This document shows, one piece after another, positions 11,819 to 23,879 of a stretch of 64,000 nucleotides of DNA. A program made the translations under genes and the position numbers. Source of the DNA: Podarcis gaigeae (Eukaryota); the NCBI GenBank assembly GCA_964106915.2, contig OZ066919.1; one strand, written 5' to 3'. Under the pieces are notes generated by a model. It had not been told where the DNA came from. It saw only the letters and a program-made list of their open reading frames with translations, and searched no databases. Within the stretch, counting starts at the first letter, position 1. Every line of letters begins with the position of its first letter.

Positions 11819-14800
11819 AAGTTTGGGGAGGGGTCCTCCCTGCTTGACCAAGTAATGCACTGGTAGCACTCAGTCATGCACTGGTAGCACTTTGTATCTA
11901 CATAGTGATTATTGCTACTAGTTTCTGTACACCTACAATTTATCCTTAACAAGAATGTATTTCACACATGTCAATCAATGCCTTGCAAAAGGCCGTTTAA
12001 AGCATGATGTTTCTTTTCACCGTTTCGTTTCTTCCTGCCTTCTCATCATATTGAATGTGAATCATTTTTTATGACTACGGTTCATTTTTATTCTATTGTT
12101 ATACTACACATCACATGTCAGTGATGTAGACCAAGTCAAAATAGTTCCTTGACTATTATGAATTTATTAGAGTGATGTATGGGCCAGTTGGTTGCTTTGA
12201 ATTAGCAATATGGAATGTACAGTACCAATCAGGGCAAAGAATTTCTGGTCATACAAATAACTACGGGAAATTAGAAGTGTTTGGCCTAGGATGACTACTA
12301 ATGTTGAACAGCATAATCAGAATGTTTTGCTATAGTTCTCCCCCACGTTAGTGCACTTTCTTGAGGAAAGGGGCATTGAGAGGCTTCCTCACTTGTGATA
12401 TGGAAAGGTGTCCTAGATATAGCTGATTACTTTCCCCTTTTTTTTAACTTATTGATGAAACATTGGAAGTTGATTTATAGTAAGTCAGACCATTGGTTCA
12501 TCTGGTTCAGTATTGCCTACAGTGGTCTGGTTCTCATGTTATGGTAAGCCAGAATATGACTTACCATGACCATGCAAATGTTCTGGCTCCCAAAGGAGAG
12601 TTCATACTCACTTTGCTTCTCTCTGAGCTTTTTAGGTCAGCACAGGATGGCAGCTAAACCAAAGTTTTTCTTCGCTTGTTGTCCAAACCATGGACCATGG
12701 TTAAGGTCTCTTCTTAACCATGACTAGTAAACAAAGGTCAAACCTTCACTATGCTGACCTGAAATGCTTGGGGAGGAGCGATGCCACTGGTATTTCATCC
12801 TTGGGAGTCATCCTTGGAGATGCTAGGGACTGCATCTGGAACCTTGCATTTAAAGCATGTGATCTACCACTGGGCCACACCTCTTCCTCAAAAGGTAACT
12901 CTCTCATATGGGCCAGGAGAGTGGCAGAAGGAGGTTACAAACAGTTGGAGAAAGACATAGTAGCAGACTGTAAATATTAAACATTATTGATAGAAATTAC
13001 AGTTGCCTTCTTTCAAATATATTCCCTTTTTCTAGACTCCTAGGTTACACCACATAGCTGAAACAATCCACATCCAGTCACTATGCTACTTGCTTATTGC
13101 ATTCTATGCAACTATCTTTCTGCCACAGCACCCAGGGTGATTTACAATTTTAAAGTATTAGAGTAAGCAAATGCTGCAAATATCATCAGGCCAATTCAAG
13201 GAGCTGATGGCACTAGTTCCCTGGCCTGGGCTTCTGATTTCCCTCAGGATTTTTAGTAGCCACAGGGAAGGTTAAGATGGGGATGTCCCAACAATTATCT
13301 TAGGTCACTGAAAATCCATGTAGGAGCTGGCAGTTATGTGCTCCCTGGTCTGGCCTTATTGCATGCTTAGATCCTGTGCTCGTTCTTTGCCTGCACATGA
13401 ATTTGATCGCTGGGCATGTCAGTTTTAGGTAAACCTTAAGACTCTCTCCATTTGCGCACCATATTGTTTTAAAAAATGTGGTGCCAGTAATGGCAAATGT
13501 TTTGGGCAAGAAGGATCAGAAGCACCTCCAATGCACAAACATCTCCTTGTAGTGATTCCTCCAAATCAGTTTAGCTGGGTGGGATACAGTATCTGGAAGT
13601 TGAAGAAACTGGAAGGCGTGGAAGAAGTGGGCATCCCAAAAGAGGCCTCAAGGGTATCTTCCCATTTGCTTTGGGTTGTGTGTCTGTCACCATCTCAGAA
13701 TCAGTGCTGTATGTTGCTGTTAGTCTGGACAGCACATGATTTTGCTGTGCAGGTAGTAATGCCATGCTAGGCGCTTGTGAACTTGTAGCAATGCTCCTTG
13801 GAGATGGACCAAGGAGACTGCAAGATCTTCTATCCATTCTAGTCTAGGGAGCAAAAGGAAAGAAGAGAGGGCAACATGTGTTGGAAGGGGTTATCCCTTT
13901 TCTGTTTTGAATCCAACCCCCAAAAAGCAGGGGGGGGTGGAATTGGCAGGCACAAATATCAGCATGAATCCTGTGTGACTACATCTTACGCCAGAATTCT
14001 CTAGAACATTTTTGTTTCAGGTTAAATTGAAAAGAGGATGGAGAGAACAATCGCAGCACTTGCATTAATAAGTATCATGCTTAATATGCTAACAGCATAA
14101 TTATGCATATGGAAGTCTTTGTATTTTCAATTCCTACAAGGATTTTAATGGAAGGGGGAATTGAGCCCATAAGAGTATAAAATAGCTTATTAGCTTGTTT
14201 TTCTGTGCTTTTCCTAGACATAAAAATCCATGCTTAACATTATTAAGAACAGATTTTATCCTAATGGGGGCTAGGAGGGTCTTCATTGCCAGCCTCTTAC
14301 TTAGACATTTGCTATGTTTCCACCTTACAGAATTGTTAGTAAAAACCTACAAAATGAGACAAACTATATAGGTGGCATTTAGTTCAGCTTTCACATTGGT
14401 AATCCTTTAAACAAAAACTTGATCCAAGCAATGCTCCCAATATGATTGCCATTTACTTGTTATCTTTGTTCAAGGTCTACCAAGCAATTTCGAAACCCCA
14501 TGGTAAGGTAACTAATAAATTTTTGCACACAACATTTTAAATAAGGCACTTATAACAAGTGGTTTGCTGAAAGCCGTTTTGTTTAGCTATTGTATTGTAA
14601 AGCCATCAGTGAGCTTCCACTCCACCCCCACACCCTGAATCAAGCTAATAAAATGTCATCACAAATTTTAAAAGAAAAAGCTGTAACATCTTTTTCAAGG
14701 CTGGGTCATTTTAGGTTTTGGGAACGCTATAAGAGCACTTAAAACAATCATATTTACTTGCTTAGTTCCCTGAAAAACCATAAGTGTTATCTTGTCTTCC

Positions 14801-17800
14801 TACGAACAATGAATCGGGTTACTACCAACACTCTACTCTTAGTAGGTGATTGTTCAGTTAGTTGAGTATTAACTCCTTTTATTACTTCATGTTTCATTTA
14901 CAAGTAATATGCTGTTTGCCACTGTGTAAATGAAGAACAGACAGTTCAATGTTGTTGTCTTGGCAGGAATTTCATTGTGTTTCTTCACAGCTACTCTTAT
15001 GTCTAGTATCAAGGTGTCCTTTGGAAAATGTATCCCAGCACCATTGTGGACTATTGGAAAGGAGCATTAACTGGATTAGTGCATTGGTTGTTAACATTAA
15101 TGTAGAAGTTTAATAATTTGAATGAAAAATGTGATCATATAGGGGTCACATGGGAAGGTCTGGGGATCAGAGGTGGGGAACATGTTTTGCATGTAGAAGT
15201 TCAATCTCTTGCCTCTCTGAATATCAGTGTTGCAGTTAAGTAATTTTAGGAGCCAGACTTGACCATCTTACGAGGTCCTGCTCTTAATGTGGTAATGTGC
15301 ATTTACTTCAAAGTGTCCTGCTATATTTAGGGATGTTCCTGCTCATTCTTTCTATGGGGAGCCCTGGATCTCTACCACCCAATCCTTCCCTGATGGCAGT
15401 ACCGCTGTATACAAAAGAGTCTTGGGTGGCAAGGCTCAGAAACGGAACTGAGTCAATGTAAGGCAACTTAATATTACTCAATAACTCAAAGGGAGGTTCA
15501 GCCATGAATTGACAATGTTGGAATATTCACAATTAATGAGCAAGGTGGGATGAAAGGCTCAGCCAAAAGCAGGACTCGGAATCTCGGCTTCTCCAGAATC
15601 TGTTGGACTCCCATCGCCAATCATCCCCAGCCCATGTGACCAGTTGTTGCAAGTGATGGGAATTGTAGTCCAGCAACATCTGGAGAGCCACTGATTCCCC
15701 ATCCCTGAACTGAAATTCCCCAATTAACTTTCTATACTACCATTAATTATTAAGCAAATGCCAATACTAATACCTTTATTTAGAGCCTTTAGCTTGCACG
15801 TGTTAAAATACAAAGTACATTAACAGGCAAAGTATCAGGTTACATTTCTTATGTGTAGGCTAAAAATGCTACATACTGTAGGCTTCATTTTCATTTATTG
15901 TAGGCAAGTTGATGGCCTTAACTGTGATCCAGAATTCCCATTACTGTATTTTACAGTTCATTTATTGATCCAAATTTCGGATTACAAAAAAGCCAAATTG
16001 GACATGGAATCTTTACTGCAGGTGCCTTTCCTCTTCACCAGGTTCTTCTCTTACTTCAGCAAGTAGGAAAGAAACCAAGCCTCCTATGTTGAGCTCAAGC
16101 AGTGCTATAGAGCTCCTTGTTGCAGGCTGGCTGCAACAGTAGGGACTGCAACATTTTGTCACCAGTCCGCACTTGTCAATTGTATAAGCTGCTTTCTAAA
16201 ATTCCAGCACACACTAGCATAGCCAAGAAAAATAATTCTAGGCAGGGCTATGCAAATGGAAGCAGACATCTTCTTTAGTGGCTTGACTTTCCATTGGTGA
16301 TATCACAAAAACAGAAAGGCAGACCCAAATTCTGCCTTCTGTGCATCCCAGAGCATGTCCTTTTAGTTTTTGTTTCTTCTGTATAAGACAGGGCTGGCTA
16401 ACCTATGACAAGGTATTGGACTCCAACCACAACTGGACCCCAGGTAGCATGGTCAATGGTCAGGGATGATGGAAATTGTAGTTCAATGACATCTGGAAGG
16501 CCACAAGCTTTGGCTTTCTTTTGGAGCACAAGAGACTTGGGGATTTCAACATTATTTAGCTGTTAACTCACTCCCCCCCCCCCAATGCGGATTAGACCAG
16601 AGTAGTCCACATCTACATGTATTTGAGGAACAATTTTAATCCTTCCAGCAGGCATTCCCTTTAGTGGTTGCCCATGCCTTCTAGTTGACTGATTCTATTG
16701 CATTGACTAAGAACCGACAGGACATGTGCTGCCATGCACATAGCTGAGTGCACACCATATTTGGGGGGGTCCCCATCCAGGAATTGTGGGAAAGCATACA
16801 GTCAGAAAACTGCAGATTTCACAATCCACAATTTTTGATTTATTTATTTTCTACACTGTTTGGTTGTAAAACAAAACAAAACAAAAATGTGGGTCATTTA
16901 TGCAGTTTTCTGGTTTTGTGGAAATCGGAGGCATCAAGAAATATAATATGTCTAAGGCCACACTTTGTTCAGTGGAAATAGGTACAAACAAGGCTTCAAA
17001 ATAAATTAAACCACTGAGGCAGTAGGGGCCCATGGAAAGTGGAGTAGCTGAACAAATTGTCTATGACTTCCAAGTGGCGTGATTTGGAGCCCAGAACCCC
17101 CAACGTATTAGATTGTCTCTGTGCCAGGCAAACTGGAATTTACATGGGGGATAGCATTTAGGCTGGTGTTGTTTGAGGGTAACGTCATGTGGACTAAGCA
17201 AATTAAATAGGAGCATAAACAACTGCAAAGCTGATGGTGTTTCTGAAATATTGATTTCCAAAGGGTGATTAGGCTGTAGCACAGGTGGAGGAAAGCAGCA
17301 CTCACAAGATCCGTTACCTGATATGAGATTCCCAGAGAGAGGCACCCAACTCCTGAAGATGCTTCAGCCTTCAATTAATTCTGTGCATGCCCACTATTCT
17401 GAAACTGCTTCTGTTGATCTCCACAACAGAGAGAGGGGTATTAATTAGCCCCTTTCCTAAATGGAAGTAGGGTTGGGGGTGCACCTTCCCAAAGACTAAT
17501 GAATTACACTTGAGAGGACTCTGGATATCTGCTAACAATTATCTCCCAATGAAGAAATATCCAGCAGCCATTCTGGTCTATTTGCATGCAATCTCCTGGG
17601 CCATTAACAAGCTAGCATCCATTGCAGCATTAATAAGTCCTACAGTGCAGTATCTTTCTTAATCAGTAGGTGGAGTGGGACAGTGTTCTGGATAGATATT
17701 GCTGGTAGACTCTGTTTAGAATGTGAGATGCCACTATGTCGCTTCCATCTGTATGGCAATAAAATTCTGCTGGCATCTGTTTTCTATTCCTGAAATGGAT

Positions 17801-19015
17801 GCTTTACCAATCACATTAGGAAGACGATAATGATCACAATATACAATCAAGACATTTTTTATATATATTAAAAAAATGCCTCTACATCCCCAAGCATGGC
17901 TTTTCCACCAATGAGTGAAAGAAAATAGGGCCACAGCATTCTTAAACCATGCTCTGATATTGTTTATGATCGATTGTAATTACTGGAAAGAGTAGGGGTT
18001 GTATACTTTTACAGCTACAAATTATTTTAAGTTAATGAACATTTTAAAAACCCTGTAAATACAAATTAATGAAACGGAAAGCCAAATACTATACATAACT
18101 TTCCTCAGTTGTGCATCCCATTCGCTAGAGGGGAAAGAAAAAGAATGGGATCAATAAATGCTTTCAAAATAGGATGAATTAGAAAAGTGGTAAAGTATTT
18201 AGCCCAGATCAAATCAACACCTGTGGATGTACACGGGGGCTTTTAGGTTCCTCTTTTGATGGCAAATGCCTGAATCCTTTTAACGTCCTTCTCGGAAGGT
18301 GAGGGAAACCTGGAGATTGACACTTACGAGGCCCAGTGAGTTGTTTCAGCAGATACCCCCTCTTACCACTAGCACCGCTACCATCAGCATGTGTGTGTGA
18401 AAGTGTTTTCAGTAAGTTTTCTGCCACCCAACCTATGATAGTTTTCATTCAAATGCAGTTTTATTACATGGCCATTTACACATTGGGAGATAATTTCATA
18501 ACGCTGGGAAATAGACCACTCTGTTGTTCTTTCATTCTGCCATCCATATTTTAAACTAGTATTGACATAGTCAGAATTGGATCCTAATCAATCAGTCTGT
18601 TGTTCAAGTAATGACTTAAAATGCAAGGTTTGCTCTAATTATCCACCCTTGTGTGCTTGCTGCATTATTATCAGATCAGCATGGGTTTATTAAACTAATG
18701 TATGTAGCTTCATGCAGGGCTGTTTTCAGTATGTATAGGTCACAGAGTATAAGTATCTACCTGCTCAGCCACATCACCATAAAAAGGACATATATACATA
18801 TTTTTCATAAAAGTAACCCTCTCATTTATTATAAATTCAGTGATGGTAGAGTCAAATATTCCTTAGCAGCCTTGTGACTGAAATGTTATGAACTGGCTGT
18901 TTCATAGTTCATTTGATAGGAATGTTTGGAATTTCAGATCTGTCCATTTTCATTTCTTTCAGTTTCTCATTTTTCCAGTCTGAAGGTCAGTTCTCAACAT
19001 CTCCAGATCAGTTTG

Positions 19016-19016
<1 letters not shown>

Positions 19017-19045
<29 letters not shown>
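19017..19045. repeat. (GATT)n microsatellite
   Basis: Direct read. Confidence 0.95.
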
Positions 19046-19046
<1 letters not shown>

Positions 19047-19163
19047 GTGACTGCAGTACATTGTTTATTGCTTTCATTTTATGGATCAATGGTCTCGTTA
19101 GACAGTAAATTTCATATTAAATTGCTGTTTTAGGGGTTGTTTTTAAAAGTGTGGAATGGATTA

Positions 19164-19331
19164 CAGTGGTACCTCGGGTTAAATATGCTTCAGGTTACAG
19201 ACTCTGCTAACCCAGAAATAGTGCGTCAGGTTAAGAACTTTGCTTCAAGATAAGAACAGAAATCATGCTCCGGCGGTGCAGCGGCAGCAGGAGGCCCCAT
19301 TAGCTAAAGTGGTGCTTCAGGTTAAGAACAG
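19164..19331. mobile_element. Same Tigger-like MITE family, truncated, opposite orientation
   Basis: TA + cagtggtacctcgggtta. The interior is the reverse complement of 59360-59520 (ctgctaacccagaaatagt..ggaggccccattag..ggtgcttcaggttaagaacag). The second TIR is missing. Confidence 0.85.
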
Positions 19332-20957
19332 ATCTGAAATACCATTTGTAAATCGTGGCCATGAATATGAGGAAGCAAACTAAAAGATCAGAAGTAGCCA
19401 CTGGCCCTTCCACAACTGAGACTCCTGGTATATCCTACAACTTACAGCTAGAAAAGCCCTCTGCTCATCTTCCTCTCCCCATCCATCACCATGCTCCAGG
19501 TTAGGGGCAAGGGGAACCTTTGCCCCTTCAGGTGTTGCTGAACTACAGCTCCCATCAGCCCCAACAAACATACCCAATGGTCTAAGGTGAGAGGAGTTGG
19601 AGTTCGGCAACATCTGGGGAGCAATGGACAGTCAGAGTGTGTAAGTCAGTTCATCTTATAGTTTGAGATTGTCAGCAGTTTCCATTTATTAGTTTTTAAT
19701 TGTTTTGCGAAGCTGATCTGCCTTGAAGCACCAGAAGCAATTAACTCACAGCATATGCTAATAGCATGACACTTTAGAAAAAGGTTGCAGGAAAACTCAA
19801 AAGTTTCCAAAATAATCTCGGCAAGCAGATTGCAAAACAACATCAACATAGACACTGGGCACCCATTGCTGAAGATGATTTCATCACATTGCTTTCATAG
19901 CTATAAATTCTTAGAAATAAAGGTGTTCCTGGTGGAACTGCTGATATTCCCTTAAAACCATGGTGGCCTGATCTAATTAAAGCAGGCCAATTGGGTAAAA
20001 ATAAATTTGTTGTTCAGCCAAGGCTCATTAAGATAGGTCATGTGGTCCAGTATGCATGGAGACACAGTTATTTAGTGAGTAGCAGATAACATGAAATAAT
20101 TTAATTAAAATAAGAGGACAGTTTTAGAGCTATGTGCTTTTGAAGTGAAATGTAAGATATTGTTTAAGGTCACAGGCACTTGTCTCTACAAGGCCAACTT
20201 TTTCCAACCTCCTCTTGTAAAATCTCTGTAAAGATTAAACAGAAATGCTGCCAAAAATAAAAAATTTACTGAGTACACCAGAGTTTGAACCTTCCCAGCA
20301 CCAGTCCAAAATGTGTGTGCGGGAAATGACAGATGACTTCATATTGCTTGTCAGGACAAAATATGGCTTTCTTTTGTTTAAATCCCACAGTGGATTTTCT
20401 GTTGTTCAGAACTGGCAAAGCTGTTGTCATTGTCAGTGTGGTTCCAGCCGGCATTTCCTTGACAGGGTGCATAAATATCTTGAAAGATCAGTTTTGCCCT
20501 CTTGCTAATCGTTATGTGCTTGTGTGTTTGACAGTAGAGCAAGGCTGTGTGGGTGGGGATTGAAGCTGCCATTCCCTGTTAACGCTGATATGGTTGTAAC
20601 AAGCATGTGACTCAGTTGTTCCTTTCAGCATACTCTTTGTTTTCTGCTCTTCTCTGCTGCCGGCTTTCAGTATCCGAAGGGTGCTCTGAAGAATGACCAC
20701 TTATTCAGTTTTGCACATAATGCTTTGATGACATGGCCACGTGATCAAAACTGCAAGCTGGAATTTTGGGCGTTTTCCAGAAGATCTCGAAAAATAAAAT
20801 TGATGTGGCTGTCCACACACAAAGTAAACAGACAGAAGCATTTTTAAAACGATTAGCAAGGAAATATGGGCATTGTCAGAAAACAAAATAATGTCAGAGA
20901 CTGGAGACTTATATGCGCTTCCTCCTCTCTGTGAAACTGCAAGTGAGCTAGGCCTTA

Positions 20958-20993
20958 AAGCATACCCTCCAACCTTTCTCAGATGAAAATAGG
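20958..20993. repeat. Left half of a small tandem-unit repeat interrupted by the composite insertion
   Basis: cataccctccaacctttctcagatgaaaatagg continues at 24124 as agatgaaaatagggacatcctattc-cataccctcccacatttctctgatgaaaatgg, which is the same unit repeated. Confidence 0.7.
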
Positions 20994-21341
20994 TAAAGGT
21001 AAAGGTACCCCTGCCCGTACGGGCCAGTCTTGACAGACTCTGGGGTTGTGTGCCCATCTCACTTAAGAGGCCAGGGGCCAGCGCTGTCCGGAGACACTTC
21101 CGGTTCACGTGGCCAGCGTGACATCGCTGCTCTGGCAAGCCAGAGCCGCACACGGAAACGCCGTTTACCTTCCCGCTGGTAAGCGGTCCCTATTTATCTA
21201 CTTGCACCCGGAGGTGCTTTCGAACTGCTAGGTTGGCAGGCGCTGGGACCGAGCAACGGGAGCGCACCCCGCCGCAGGGATTCGAACCGCCGACCTTTCA
21301 ATCGGCAAGTCCTAGGCGCTGAGGCTTTAGCCCACAGCGCC
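20994..21341 (-). mobile_element. Sauria SINE (young subfamily), missing ~11 nt of its 5' end
   Basis: The reverse complement is nearly identical to the + copy at 60839-61202, with an (ACCTTT)n tail at ~20992-21006. Its 5' end stops at ggcgctgtggg, lacking gggacgcaggt. Confidence 0.95.
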
Positions 21342-23396
21342 TGAGTGCCCTTGTGAATTGGTGTCTCAACAAAGGTGACCCATCCTCGTGAACCAGGAGT
21401 GGGCCAGGACCGGGCAGTCTGAGGTAAAGGTACCATCTAGTGTCTTTTGACCGGGCATGGGCCCCGCTGCACTGAAGCTGTAAGTTTTTACGAGGGGACC
21501 CATACCTGCCTGGTCTGTTTTGGATTGACACAGTCATGCTAGCTTCAGTCAACTGCACTTCCTCCCACTTGCGTTAACCTCGGCTACCACTTCACCAACC
21601 CTCAAGGCACCAATGAAGGCGATCGCATATGCTGCGGAAAAGAGGCGGGCCTCGAACTTGGCCCAGCAGATTGACCTAAGCTTTGTGCGTATCTGAGATA
21701 GCAGCCCGTAAGAAATTGGCTTACGGTTCTAGGGGGGTTGTAGCCTGCCCCAAACCTCAATAGCTCTGCGGATCAGGAAGTAACTACACGGGACAGAGGA
21801 AAACATGGCTTTAGCAAAGAAGCTGATGGCGACTATGCGTATCTTTAAAGTTTTGGGGTCCCGTCCCAAAACATCAAGATGGAAAAGCTATTGCAGAATG
21901 TTGTCTGTGGTGGGTAGCACGCTAGGCAAAAGCCCCAATATCCCTGACCTGAAGCCCATGAGTTCCAGGTGCAAGCAACCGGAAGCGAGACATCTGAGAG
22001 CAAGACCCTTAGGGTAAGAAAGGTTGTGGATTAATCTAAACTCACCATGGGTCTTTTTGGGTACAATACCAAGGGGCGAGATATGCAGGTTTGGGAAAGG
22101 GAGGAGTACGAATGGACCAGCCACCCTCCCTGCGGCCACTTCCTTAGCTATTTTCTACTTCTGCAACCTCAAGCCTTTCCCTTACTGACATCTGGTTAGG
22201 GGAAATCCTTTGCAATTAAAGAGTCGGTTACTGGTATTCTGAAACCCTCTGACAAAACCCTTCCAACGAAAGGATGCTGTGCTTCCGTCTGGATAGCTAG
22301 ACAAGAGGTTGCGGAGAGGAGGGAGCTGGATCAGTGGAAATACTAGACCCGGAGGGTCCCTATCGTCTAGAATGGTGGAACCCCCGACCTCCCCGAAAGG
22401 GCTGCTTCTCTTTGTAACACGCTGCGGCTGGGAGTACCCCTGCACACCTCTCGCATTCGTGGGATACTTACCAGACTGCCTTGGCATGACCCCTTATTGA
22501 ATTACCAACGCACCTTGCGCTTTGGCTCCCTTCTTAAGTCTGGCTTACCCATGCGATGAGAATCTAATGGCTTCTTCTCAACATACGGGATGACCGCCAC
22601 CGACCAGATGCCCCTTCCAAATTGGTCCCAGCGTGCTTGCAGGATCCTGGAAGCCTTCCTTCAGAACTTTTATCATAGCTAACGGTGGCGGCCCCCCATA
22701 AGGCACATAGGCTGTTCTGACTCTTCTTCCGTGTTGCCCGTTTTAAACTTGCTCCTCTTACACACGTGCTCCTTCTTGGTGCGTCTTTTGCCTGACGGTT
22801 TGTCCCCCTCAGCTGTCTGAAGTCCTCCCTCCAGCTGCTGTTCCTCCTCACCGCCTGACGAGGTGCCCAATTCTGGAAGCTGGACCCAGGGCTGCTTATT
22901 CTGCGAAGGACTGGAAGAACTGGACACAACAGGGTTATTGACACAGGCCGGCGGCCTCCTCGCAGGCGACCCAATGCAGTTCTGAGGACCAGATGATGCC
23001 GAGTGAGCCTGAGACCTAGTTTGCACTGCTGCAGTTACTGTCCAAGAGCTTGGGCCTGCACCTGAGAACTGAGAATCGTTGAGGAGGTCGGCAGAGGTGC
23101 CTGGAAGGTCATCAAGCTGGGTGAGAGGCGGGCTCTCCGGGACCACCTGGGCTCTCCAGGACCACCTGGGTATCTGATATCATATCAGGGGTAGCAGCGG
23201 AGGGCATGGGGTTAGGGGATTGATTGGAAAAAACGCTACTCATAATCATCAATGAACAATCTAAATGCATTTAGGCAGTGTAAAATAGGTTATAATCCCG
23301 TCCATGTGGCGCCCCCAATGAATCACGGCTATTGGCACCCATGCAGCCTGAGGTGTGAGCTGATTCCGTTGCAGAGCGCTTCCTCTTAGGTGCCAT
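21342..23396 (-). mobile_element. Decayed, internally deleted Ngaro/DIRS-type tyrosine-recombinase retrotransposon
   Basis: Motifs occur in the expected order on the - strand. Gag-like: start MAPKRKRS (ATG at 23396), ARWDQ, and a zinc-finger remnant W*FNKGSC..KYPHECERCAG..AAAC (~22412-22512). RT N-terminus: LLSSYPD..GF..GF and GPF..LPFPNLHISPLGIVPKKTHGEFRLIHNLSYPKG (~22005-22130). RNase H end: QMSRFRLLAPG (~21964-21996). YR: FEARLFSAAYAIAFIGALRVGEVV (~21585-21657), SKTDQAG (21504-21524) and LLVHEDGSPLLRHQF. Stops and frameshifts occur throughout. Confidence 0.9.
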
Positions 23397-23644
23397 GGAT
23401 AACATGCTAAAGCTACTGCCACAAACACATGCTACCGCTTACAAGCGGTTGTACAGGGACATGTAATTGATTCTGGAAAAATAAACTAATTAATGATTGT
23501 TTTACTTATAATAAACAATGATTCCCAAGCATTCCGTTAAATGTTTAATTGTTTATGCCATAAGTATGTGCTGCGTGTGTTATTTATTACTCACTCTATA
23601 TATATTAATATATAGATGCTTCCTACTTCATATTATAATATCTC

Positions 23645-23748
23645 ATTCAATCCCCTGCAATGCAGAATATACTGGGGTCCCATACAGGGATCAAACCAGC
23701 AACCTTGGCATTATAGGCACCATGCTCTAACCAATGAGCTATCCAGGC
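23645..23748 (-). mobile_element. tRNA-Ile-derived SINE with CR1-like tail (copy 1)
   Basis: The reverse complement cctggatagctcattggttagagcatggtgcctataatgccaaggttgctggtttgatccctgtatggga resembles tRNA-Ile(AAT) and is followed by ctgcattgcagggg. Confidence 0.75.
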
Positions 23749-23751
23749 TCT

Positions 23752-23879
23752 CTAGAATTGTGTGGGACCCCAAGGGTCATTTAGTCCAACCCCTTGCGAA
23801 GCAGGAATATGTAATTGTTCCATACAGGGATCAAACCTGCAACCTTGGCATTATTGTCGCCACGCTCTAACCAACTGAG
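23752..23879 (-). mobile_element. tRNA-Ile-derived SINE with CR1-like tail (copy 2, tandem)
   Basis: Second copy of catacagggatcaaacc..gcaaccttggcattat..gctctaacca, with the tail revcomp ggggttggactaaatgacccttggggtcc. Confidence 0.75.

Noticed and set aside
20701-21153. 150-aa ORF similar to the ORF at 61060-61251
   Set aside because: The similarity is due to shared Sauria SINE sequence, not to a gene family.
21342-23396. Active or domesticated recombinase/RT gene
   Set aside because: Stops, frameshifts, loss of the RT catalytic core, and a YR truncated before its C-terminal H-x-x-R/Tyr motifs.
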